NCBI GenBank assembly: GCA_963776865.1
Contig: CAVZOG010000004.1
Span: 705,317-769,316, forward strand
Direction of reading: 5' to 3'
Origin: an uncultured Chloroflexia bacterium
GTDB taxonomy: Bacteria; Chloroflexota; Limnocylindria; Limnocylindrales; CSP1-4
Length of the DNA: 64,000 nucleotides
Shown piece after piece: positions 40,932 through 50,143 of this stretch; the stretch's first letter is position 1; every line of letters starts with the position of its first letter. A model generated the notes under the pieces. The model saw only the letters and a program-made list of their open reading frames with translations, was not told the origin of the DNA and ran no database searches. The position numbers and the translations under genes are program-made.

Positions 40932-42140
40932 ATGTCAATCGACACGAAGGTCGGGCGGGTCACCGAAGAGGAGCTCGGCCGGCTGCGCGACCACATCGAG
41001 GCCAGCCTGCCCGCCTACATGGCCGATCTCGAGCGACTGGTCAACATCGACTGTGGCTCGTACACCAAGGACGGTGTCGATGAGGTGGGCCGCTGGATGG
41101 CCGATCAGCTGGCTGAGCTCGGTGCGGCGGTGACTGTCGAGGCCAACGCGGAGCTCGGTGACATCGTCATCGGCGAGCTCGAAGGCGCCGGCAGCTCGCG
41201 AGCATTGCTGGTCGGCCACCTCGACACGGTGTTCGGCGACGGCACGGTTGCCGAGCGTCCATTCACGATTCGCGACGGTCGCGCCTACGGGCCGGGCGTC
41301 GACGACATGAAGGGCGGCCTGCTTGGCGGGCTCTACGCATTGCGCGCGCTGCGCGCGCTGCACCCGGCCGGCACACCGGTCAGCGAGTGGCTGCCGTTTG
41401 GTCGCCTGGTGTACGTCGCCAATCCCGACGAGGAGATCGGCTCGCCGACAAGCACCGCCGTCATCCGGCGCTGCGCCGAAGGCGCGTCGATTGCGCTCGT
41501 GCTCGAATCTGCGCGCGACAACGGCGACATCGTCAGCGCGCGCAAGGGAATCGCCGATTTCCTGATCCAGATCGACGGTCGCGCCGCACATGCAGGTGTG
41601 GAGCCGGAGAAGGGCAGGAGCTCGACGCTCGAGGCCGCGCACAAGATCCTGGCGCTGCACGCGCTCAACGGCCGTTGGCCGGGAGTGACCGTCAACGTCG
41701 GCGTTGTCCGCGGCGGCACGCGGCCGAACGTGGTCGCGGAGCGCACCGAGCTCGAGATCGACGTCCGCGCAACGACGAGCGAGAAGATGGCCGAGGCCGA
41801 GGCGGCGATCCGGGATATCGCGGCCACCAACACGGTCGCCGACGTGACGGCAACCGCGACGCAGCGACATTTCTGGCCACCGATGGAGAAGAAGCCGGCG
41901 ACTGCCGCGCTCGCCCAGCAGGCGATCGACATCGCCGCTCGACTGGGCTTCGAGCTGCGCGACGCGGCGACCGGTGGCGCGTCCGACGCGAATACGACCT
42001 CGGGCATGGGCGTGCCGACGCTCGACGGCCTGGGCCCCGTCGGCGGCGCCGATCACGCGCCCGGCGAGTACCTCGAGATCGATTCGATCGTGCCACGCAC
42101 GACGCTGATTGCCGCGCTGCTGCTCGGCGCGGAGAGGTGA
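40932..42140 (+). CDS. M20 metallopeptidase (glutamate carboxypeptidase-like)
   Basis: GHLDTVF, GPGVDDMKGG, DEEIGS, GGASDAN, DGLG. Confidence 0.92.
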   Translation: MSIDTKVGRVTEEELGRLRDHIEASLPAYMADLERLVNIDCGSYTKDGVDEVGRWMADQLAELGAAVTVEANAELGDIVIGELEGAGSSRALLVGHLDTVFGDGTVAERPFTIRDGRAYGPGVDDMKGGLLGGLYALRALRALHPAGTPVSEWLPFGRLVYVANPDEEIGSPTSTAVIRRCAEGASIALVLESARDNGDIVSARKGIADFLIQIDGRAAHAGVEPEKGRSSTLEAAHKILALHALNGRWPGVTVNVGVVRGGTRPNVVAERTELEIDVRATTSEKMAEAEAAIRDIAATNTVADVTATATQRHFWPPMEKKPATAALAQQAIDIAARLGFELRDAATGGASDANTTSGMGVPTLDGLGPVGGADHAPGEYLEIDSIVPRTTLIAALLLGAER

Positions 42141-43507
42141 GCCGCCCCGAATTCGACTTCGTCATCATCGGCGCCGGCGCAGGCGGCGAGGCCGCCGCGT
42201 ACGAGGCGCGGCGGCGAGGCGCCACAGTGGCAATCATCGACCGCGAGCTGTTCGGCGGTTCGTGCCCGTTCTGGGCATGCGTGCCGTCGAAGTCGCTGCT
42301 CCACGCGGCGGCCGTGCACGCCAAAGGCAGTGGCTATGGATGGCCGCGTGCGTCCGACTTCCGCGACTACATGATCAATCGCGTCAAGGTCGACTGGCCC
42401 GATGACAGCGGCCACGTAAAGCGGCTCGAGGACGCCGGCGCGGAGGTGATTCGTGGCGAGGCGACGATCATCAGGCCGGGCGCGGTGCGCGCGAAGATGA
42501 GCAAGGACGGCAGCACACGCGATGTCACCGGCCGCAACCTGATCGTCGCCGTGGGCAGCCACTCGACGGTGCCCGACTTGCCCGGCCTCGACCGCCTAAA
42601 GCCGTGGACCAATCGCGAGGCGACCAGCACGCGCACGTTGCCGCGCAGCCTGGCCATCCTCGGCGGCGGCCCGACCGGGCTTGAGATGGCCCAGCTCTTC
42701 GCCCGTTATGGCGTGCCGGTCACGCTCATCCAATCATCCGAGCGGCTGAACGATCGCGACCATCCACGCAACTCAGACGCCCTTGCCGACGGGCTGCGCG
42801 CCGATGGAGTAGAGCTTCGCCTCGGTGTTCGTGCGGAAAGCGTCCAAGCCGAAGCCGGGAAGGATGGAGCGCACGTCGTCACACTGGCCGACGGCACGAC
42901 AGTCGAGGGTCATGAGCTGATGCTCTCGATCGGTCGGACGTTGCCTCTCGACGGGCTGGGACTCGAGTCGATAGACGTCGAGGTCGTCGAGGGCCGCGTT
43001 GCGCCCGACGAGAAGATGCGCATCGCCCCCGACACGTACGTCGTCGGCGATCCGGCCGGGCCCGAGATGCACACTCATCTGGCGCACTACCAGGGCGAAA
43101 CGGCGGTGGCGATCGCGCTCGGCGACGAGGTCACGCCCGATTTCCGGGCAATACCACGCTGCGTCTATACCGATCCCGAGACGGGCGGCGTCGGTCTCCT
43201 CGTCGATCAGGCGAAGGAGCAGGGCATCGATGCCGTCGAGCTGACGGTCGCGCTGGCCGACACCGTCAAGGGCCAGGCGGTGGAAGCGTCGGGTCACGTG
43301 TCGATCGTCGTCGACCGCGTCGCGCGCGAGCTTGTAGGCGCGTTCATAGCCGGTCCGGGCGCGTCAGAGGCGATACACCTGGCCGTGCTGGCGATCAAGA
43401 CGCGCACCAGGATCGAGGTGCTGGCGCAGACGATCACCGCCTTTCCGACGACGTCGCGCGCGATGGGCGGCCTCTTCACCGAGGCAGCGCGCCAGCTGGA
43501 GGGCTAG
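42137..43507 (+). CDS. Class I pyridine nucleotide-disulfide oxidoreductase
   Basis: IGAGAGG, GGSCPFWACVPSK redox disulfide, GGGPTGLE. Confidence 0.9.
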   Translation: MSRPEFDFVIIGAGAGGEAAAYEARRRGATVAIIDRELFGGSCPFWACVPSKSLLHAAAVHAKGSGYGWPRASDFRDYMINRVKVDWPDDSGHVKRLEDAGAEVIRGEATIIRPGAVRAKMSKDGSTRDVTGRNLIVAVGSHSTVPDLPGLDRLKPWTNREATSTRTLPRSLAILGGGPTGLEMAQLFARYGVPVTLIQSSERLNDRDHPRNSDALADGLRADGVELRLGVRAESVQAEAGKDGAHVVTLADGTTVEGHELMLSIGRTLPLDGLGLESIDVEVVEGRVAPDEKMRIAPDTYVVGDPAGPEMHTHLAHYQGETAVAIALGDEVTPDFRAIPRCVYTDPETGGVGLLVDQAKEQGIDAVELTVALADTVKGQAVEASGHVSIVVDRVARELVGAFIAGPGASEAIHLAVLAIKTRTRIEVLAQTITAFPTTSRAMGGLFTEAARQLEG

Positions 43508-43539
43508 CGCCTCACGCGGGAGCCGGTAGAGGCAGCGCC

Positions 43540-45245
43540 TCACTCGGAGAGGTGGTCGACGATCGCCTGGGCGAGTGGCGCAACGCGGGGAGTGCCGAGG
43601 CCGGTCGAGAAATCCCAGCCAGGGCCGGCGCTGAAGAGCAGGTTGCCACCACGGATGATGTCGTGGAACACGTCGCCGGCCGGCTGCTCGCCAGAGATCT
43701 CGTACAGCGTCGGCCCGATGGCGCCGAGCGCCTCGACGCCCTGCTGCTGCGCGAGCTGCTGGGTGAGCAGCATCGAGCCCGCCCAGAACGGTGCCGCTGC
43801 GCTCGTGCCGCCAACGCGGCCGGCGACAACTCCCTCGCTCGGCTCGGTGTAGACGATGAAGAAGCCGCTCGTCGGGTCGGCCGGGCCGGCCACGTCGGGC
43901 ACCTGGCGCATGCCGTTGCTGGCCGAGGTGTCGACCCCGGCGCCGCGCTGCCAGTCGGGTCGTTGCTGGAACTTGCTCAAGCCACCACCACCGCCACCAC
44001 CGCCGAGTGGCTCCTCCCAGCCGGCCTCCTCGATGTACGTGCCGTCCTGACGGGTGGACAGGAAAGTGCCGCCGACGCCGACCACGCTCGGGCTTGAGGC
44101 CGGCCAGTCGACCGACAGCGACAGGTCGCGCTCGAACGGATCGGCTGAGATCTGGACGCGGCGGCAGTCGTAGGCACCGTCGTCACCGCTCGCGGCGAAG
44201 ACGCTGATGCCTGCCGCAAACGCGGCCGCAAACTCGCGCTGCATGGCCTCGAGCGTGCTCTGTCCGGCGTGGTTCTCGCACAGTCCCCAGCTGATGCTGA
44301 CGATGCGCACCTGGTCGTCGGCGACGATGCGGTTGATGATGCCGGCGAACCCGTCGGCCGAGTTCGGGCCCTCGTAGTTGATGATCCGCGCCTGCGGCGC
44401 GATGCCGCGGATGACCTGGATGTCGAGGGCGACTTCGCCGGTGCCCGGGCCGGGCTCCGTACGAGCGCCGTTGAGGCGGACCAGCTCGACCGGCGGCGAG
44501 TCGATGCCCTGGCGCTCGTCGAACAGGTCGACGTCACTCGGCGTGTACGTGTCGAACGACACGATCGCGACTGCCTGATCCTGACCGTGCAGTCCGGCGG
44601 CGTGCAGCGGCTCGATCTCGTAGGCGCGCGCCACCGTCGCCGGCACGAGCCCGTCGGCGCCGACGCCGGCGGCGAGGATGCCGCCCAGCGCGGGCTCGAT
44701 CAGCGGCTCGGTGTCGAGACCCAGGATCGCCGCCACGTCGGCGCCGACATCCGGATGGCACGCTCGGCTCGCCGACCGGACGGTGAAATCGCTCACCGCT
44801 CGCGGTCTGGCGGTCAACGAGCGTGATGGCGAGCAGCTTGTTCACTTCCGCGGCGCGTCCGCTCACGGCGAGCGAGGTGCGCTGCGGCGACGCGGCCACG
44901 GTCAGGCCGCCCTGCTCGAGCCACTCGACGACGCGCCCGAGCTCCTCGTCGTCGAGACCGAAGCGGGCGCCGAACTCGGCCGGCCGCAGGTATTGGCGGT
45001 AGTAGCGCGAGCCGGGCGACGTGAGGCCGGCAAGGTACTCATCGAGAGCGGCCGCGCCGGGCAGTCTGAGACTGACCGTGAACTGGACCTGTTCGTCGGC
45101 CGCCGTCGGTCCGAGTTCGACGGGCTCGGCGCTCGAAATCGGCCCCGGCGGTTTGGTCGGTCGTTCTCATCGCAACCTCCGTGGTCGCCGGCGCGCCACA
45201 ACCGAGCAGCGCGAGCAGGGCGAGGAGCAGCCACGCGCGTCTCAC
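43540..45245 (-). CDS. S53 (sedolisin/kumamolisin-like) lipoprotein peptidase; frameshifts in the pro-region
   Basis: Lipobox LLGC; EVALDIQ, SGDDG, GGTSAAAP, WDFSTGLGTP. Confidence 0.88.
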
Positions 45246-46240
45246 GTTCCGCCCCAGTTAAAGGTCTTGAGGAAGTCGTCGGCCGCGTCGCGCACGGCGT
45301 GCAGGTGCGTGTCAGAGCCGAGGCGCGCGTCGGGCGTGGCAACCAGCAGCACAACCGCGACGGTGATGCGCCCATCGGTCGACGACATCACGACCACGCC
45401 GGCAGGTGCAACAGGTGTGCCGTCGCGGCCGAGCAACGTGCCCCCGAACACCGCCCCTTCGCCGCGGATATAGCCGATGCTCGCGCCGAGCAGGGCGTCG
45501 TACTCGTCCGAATCGGGCGCCCGCGCGATGATCCTCTCGTCGACCTTGGCCAGCTGACGGGCGAGCATCTCGGCCGGCGAGGTCGTCGCGTCAGTCGCCT
45601 CGATCACGACCTGGGCGTCGAAGAAGGTGCCATTGAAGACGGCCGTGTCGTCGTCCTCGCTGGCCAGCTCGAAGATCTCGGGGTCGAATTCGAAGGAATA
45701 GCCGAGCGTCGGACTGGTCCACGTCTGGCCGGTGACTGCAGGCGGCGAATCGGAGCCCGGGGTGGGCAGCGGTCCGTCCGTCGGGACTGGCGATGCCGGC
45801 GGATCGGTCTGGCCGGGCGGCGTGGGGCTGGGCAGCGCTGAAGGCGATGGCTGGACTGTCGGCTGCCCCGAAGTCGTCGGGCCTGGAGTCGGCAGCGGGC
45901 CGGTTGAAGGCAGCGGGGAATGTTCGGCGATCGGTGGCAGAGTCGGCCGTGGAGCGCAGGGCGTTCCGGGCAGGCAGTCCGGCACCGGCGGCGGAGGCTG
46001 GTTGAGGAACACGACCAGTCCGGCGATCAGCGCAACGGCGACGAGCACTCCGACGAACACGGCGACGATTGCGCCGGCACCCAGGCGTGAACCTCGCGGC
46101 GGTGGCGGCGCGCCGTATCCATAGCCGGGCGGCGGTCCGTAGCCCGGCGGTGGCGTGCCATATCCCTGGGGCGGCGGATACCCGTAGCTGGGCGGCTGCA
46201 GGGGCTGCTGGGGCTGCTGGGGCTGCTGGGGTCCGCTCAT
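45242..46240 (-). CDS. Proline-rich single-pass membrane protein
   Basis: PQQ and YPPP-rich N-terminus, one TM helix, Pro/Thr linker, globular C-terminal domain. Confidence 0.8.
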   Translation of the reverse strand: MSGPQQPQQPQQPLQPPSYGYPPPQGYGTPPPGYGPPPGYGYGAPPPPRGSRLGAGAIVAVFVGVLVAVALIAGLVVFLNQPPPPVPDCLPGTPCAPRPTLPPIAEHSPLPSTGPLPTPGPTTSGQPTVQPSPSALPSPTPPGQTDPPASPVPTDGPLPTPGSDSPPAVTGQTWTSPTLGYSFEFDPEIFELASEDDDTAVFNGTFFDAQVVIEATDATTSPAEMLARQLAKVDERIIARAPDSDEYDALLGASIGYIRGEGAVFGGTLLGRDGTPVAPAGVVVMSSTDGRITVAVVLLVATPDARLGSDTHLHAVRDAADDFLKTFNWGGT

Positions 46241-47409
46241 CGCTGCGCCTGCTTCGCCGCCTGGTCCGTCGCACGCTTGGGTGACGCGCCCCGCGGCAGC
46301 GCCCGAAGGGCGATGCCGCAGTGGCCGCAGAAGGTGTGCTCAGGCGTGCTGTGACCGCAGTTCGGGCACGCTATCGAGCGCTCGACTTCGATCTCGCGCG
46401 ATTCCTGGAGCAAGCCGAGGTGAATGGCACGCCGCAGCCAGATGAGTGCCGCAGCCGCGACAGCGGCGAGCACGATCGTGGCCGGGATGAGTGACAGGGT
46501 CGCTTTGGCCAGACCGGCAACTACCAGCAGTGCAGCCGCTCCGAGCAGGGCTGCCCACGGCCGGCCCACGATGCCGAGCGCATGGCGGTCGACGATCGGG
46601 GCGCGGTAGCGTAGCCAGAAGGCAGCCGCAGCGGCACCGATCGCACCGGCCGCGATGACCGGCTGGAGCACGCCGAGCGAGATGAGCTGGATCACCCACG
46701 GCAGCGGGTCGCCGGCCGGCCGCAGCCCGGCGCCCAGCAGGTCGGCCGACTGCACGAGCAGGTGGGCGCCGCTGAAGGAGACTGCCGACGCGGCACCGAA
46801 GGTGGCGCCGTCGAGCACGTCGTTGAAGCGCGGCAGGCGGAGCAGCAGCAACGGGCCGGCCAGCATGAGCACGCCCTCGACCAGCGGCAGTGCCACGCCG
46901 GCGAGCAGGATCGCCGGCACGTCCGGACCGCCAAACGCGCTGCCCGTCGGAAGATTGCGCACGACGAGTCCGTAGATGACGCCTGCGAGCGCGCCCCACA
47001 GCATCGTGCCGGCATAGACCCACAGCGGCTCGTCCTCGTAGATGTCGGTCACGTACAGGTAGAGCACCATCAGTGTCGGCACGAGCACCGCCGCGGCAAC
47101 GAGCGCCATCGGGAAGAGGCCGAGCAGTCCGAGCGCGACGACGATCGCCACTCCAACGCCGAGCGCGATGCGGAAGTAGCGCATCTCCGCCCGCGGCAGC
47201 TGGGGGAACAGGGTGCTCAAAGCGACGGTCGCCAGCGGCTCGTCTGGTGCCGCGGCAAACCGGCGGCGCTGCCGGCGCTGTGTCTCGGCGTTGTACTCGT
47301 CGTCGAGCGGATCGCCGCAGCGAATGCAGAACTCGAGCCGCGGAACCTCGTTGCCACACTGGCGGCAGGTGATCAGCGGCGCGTTCGGGCGCGTCTCCTC
47401 GTCAGCCAT
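46237..47409 (-). CDS. Zinc-ribbon-flanked PrsW-like membrane protein
   Basis: CxxC...CxxC at both termini; DIYEDEP, FNDVLDGATFG; many TM segments; catalytic EE/H apparently absent. Confidence 0.7.
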   Translation of the reverse strand: MADEETRPNAPLITCRQCGNEVPRLEFCIRCGDPLDDEYNAETQRRQRRRFAAAPDEPLATVALSTLFPQLPRAEMRYFRIALGVGVAIVVALGLLGLFPMALVAAAVLVPTLMVLYLYVTDIYEDEPLWVYAGTMLWGALAGVIYGLVVRNLPTGSAFGGPDVPAILLAGVALPLVEGVLMLAGPLLLLRLPRFNDVLDGATFGAASAVSFSGAHLLVQSADLLGAGLRPAGDPLPWVIQLISLGVLQPVIAAGAIGAAAAAFWLRYRAPIVDRHALGIVGRPWAALLGAAALLVVAGLAKATLSLIPATIVLAAVAAAALIWLRRAIHLGLLQESREIEVERSIACPNCGHSTPEHTFCGHCGIALRALPRGASPKRATDQAAKQAQR

Positions 47410-47424
47410 CGAGCAGCGAGGCCG

Positions 47425-47714
47425 TCAGCGGAGGTAGGTTTCGCCGCCCTCGTCGCATACCGCGAACAGGGCGTGGCGCTCGCGGGCATAGCCGGCCACG
47501 TGCAGCCGGCCCGAGACGTGCTTGGGACACACGAAGACCCACATCCGGTTCGGCCGGCCGGGCTCCTCCGGGTCGTCGTAGCGACCGGCTCGCTCTCGGC
47601 CGCGATCTTGTCGCGCAGGCCATCGAATTGCTCGGCGAGCGCCTCGATCTTCAGGGCGCGCTCAGACTCGGTCTCGGTCGTGTAGGGGTAGCTCTGCGCG
47701 ACGTTCGAGGACAA
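47425..47714 (-). CDS. Small hypothetical protein (frameshift near 47585)
   Basis: GGAGG RBS; MSSNVAQSYPYTTETESERA...WVFVCPKHVSGRLHVAGYARERHALFAVCDEGGETYLR. Confidence 0.6.
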
Positions 47715-47804
47715 GGTGGTCGCTACGGCCTCCGCAAGGTCGCGCTCAGAAACGGGTTGGCCAGCCGCGGAGGTCGTTGAGCGCGGCGCGACCGGCCGGG
47801 GCCG

Positions 47805-47846
47805 AGTATAGCGCGGCGTTTCGGGGCGCAAGCACGGGCCTATACT
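47805..47846. promoter_or_regulatory. Divergent -10 elements
   Basis: TATACT on the minus strand (47805-47810) and on the plus strand (47841-47846). Confidence 0.55.
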
Positions 47847-47890
47847 CCGTTACGGGGAAGCACGAAACAGGGCCGAGGGAGGGTAGCTCC

Positions 47891-48175
47891 ATGCCGGAAA
47901 CACGATTTGGCGACATCGAAAGGTCCCGAGCCAGGTAAGTCGGGCGACGATGGGAGCGATCAGACATCGTTCAATGCCTGTCATTGGCCACGCACTCATG
48001 GATGCCGACTTTCGCGACGAGCTGTTGTAAGGCTGAGACCCGCGCCGGGGCGGTCAAGCGGGCGACCGGCAGGGACATGACCCCGGAGACTGTCCGAAGG
48101 CAATCGACGAGGCGCGTGTCGTCGATCGAACAGCCTCGCAGCGCAGTTCGGCGACGTGAAGGCGGCGCCACGTAG
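47891..48175 (+). CDS. NHLP/Os1348-like small protein (candidate precursor peptide), broken by several indels
   Basis: GAGGGAGG RBS; contiguous VIGHALMDADFRDELL at 47980-48027; full ~90 aa only after manual indel repair. Confidence 0.5.
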
Positions 48176-48212
48176 GCGCTACGCGCAGATCGCGCCGATC
48201 CCTGGGCCGAGC

Positions 48213-50113
48213 GTGCAACTCGGCGAGCGAGGCCGCTACTGGCCCGAGGTTGAACGGTTTCTGGGCAAGCTTCCCCAGGGCCTGCACGTGCGGCTCAGCA
48301 GCTCACTTTCGATCTCGCCCTGAGAGCGTCAAGCACGGGCGATGCGCACGACGCGTTCGCGGGGTTGGATCGCTTTCCCCTGCTGTCGGTGGCCGGATGG
48401 CTGACTCACCGATCTCGCGTCGACCGACGAATCATCCGCCAAGGTCGTCGATGATCGTCTGCGCAGCGACCTGCACCTCGCCAGCTTCCTCGGTGCGATT
48501 CGTTCTCAAGCGCTGGCCGGCGTCGCCGATACCGCATCGCTCATCGACGGCCGTTTCGTGGCCATCGCCGAGCTGTGCGCAGAGCAGCAGATGATGCTCT
48601 TGGCCGACCACATTGGTCGTGACCAATGATTCTGGGACCGCTATCAAGCCATTACTGCGCTGGACCTGGAGCAGCTGGTTGATCGGCCGGCAGACAGGAG
48701 TCCGTGGGCACACCCCGCGCAGGTCGCCGGTGTCGCGGCAACGATCGTGTCGGCGCCGGACGCGTCCGATGAGCTCATCGACCGGGTCGCAGCAATGCTG
48801 GATGACATGGCGACGGCCTTTCTCATCTGGGACCAGCTGTCCAACCTGCCGCGCGATCTCGCCGAACGGCGGCACACGTTTCCGGTCACCGTCGCGGCGC
48901 GGGCGGCTGGAGTACCGCTCGACCCGCAACCGCAATCAGTTCCAGATCCTTGGGGCATTGGTTACGACCGACGCGCTGACATCGATCCTCGACGCAGCGA
49001 CGCATCGACTCGAGACGAGCCACCGGATCGCGCACGAGCTTGGGCTGCCGACGTTCGTGGCCTTCCTCGACGCCGTCCTCGCACAGCGACGCCGAGCGGG
49101 GAGCTCGGCTTACCGGCGCGGCTATCGGGGTGTCCAATGAATTGGCCGCCCGCGGCGCAAGTCGCCCTCCAGAACCCACGATCAAACAGGCCGTGTCGAT
49201 GGCCGAAGGCTTCCTTCTCGCTGATCTGACGTTTCGGGAAAGTTGGGAGACGCATCGCGAAGGCATGCTCGGCAGCGACCAGGTCTCGGCGCGGTTTCCG
49301 GCTGGGCTGATCCTGGAGATCCTCTGTCTGCGCGGGCACCCGCTCGGAACGGCGGTCGCCGATTTCATAGCCCATGCCGAAGCCAACGGATTTCGTTATT
49401 ACGACCATCCCGGCGCCGATCCGGACTCCGACACGCTCGGTGCGGTCCTCCGCCTTCTGCCGTACGCCGCCGGCGAACACCAACCGTCTGCCAGGCTGCA
49501 GGAGATGCTCGACTGCGTCGAGCGTCTGGTGGCCGATCTCGGCAACGTCCCGGTGTGGCTGACGTCGTGCGGCGAGGCCGGACAACGCACGCCCGCGCTG
49601 ACCCTCGGTGAGCGCTGCGGCACCGTCGCTGCGCATCTGCTTCTTGGCTTGGCCGAGCACCAGACAGGTCGGCTCGAGTTGGTCGAGGCAGGGTGCTCAG
49701 CCCTGTACGAGAGGATCGCGTCGGTCGGACTGGGCGCGAACGTGAACTACCCGCCCAGGTACGCGCTGGCGATCTACTTTCGACTGCTTGATCAGGTGGA
49801 CGACGGCGAGGCACGGACGGCCCTCGTCGCCGAGCTCGAAAGACGGTGCGCCATGCCGATACGAAGCGCCCAGGAGGCCGCGCTGACCGCTCTGGCTGTC
49901 CGCGCCGCCGGTCGCCCCGACCTGTTTCGCCCGGACTGGATCTCGACGATTTTGAAACAGCAGAGGTTCGACGGAAGCTGGATCGGCGAGCCTTTTGCGG
50001 TCGCGCCCAGTCGTGGGTGGCAGGTAAGTGCGTACTCGAGCACTACGCTCACTACCGCGTTGTGCTATCACGCTCTAGCCGGAGTCGCGGAGCACGCGCC
50101 GGCAGAGGGTTGA
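48213..50113 (+). CDS. Degenerate class I isoprenoid-synthase domain fused to a class II terpene-cyclase-like domain (several frameshifts)
   Basis: PDSDT (DxDT) at 49424-49435; QW motif QQRFDGSW at 49958-49981; N-terminal half aligns by eye with the 54194 protein. Confidence 0.65.
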
Positions 50114-50143
50114 CGTACGGGGTCTCATGAGGCCGTGGCACTG

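Noticed and set aside
46195-46232. 9-bp tandem repeat
   Set aside because: It simply encodes PQQ repeats in the Pro-rich protein.
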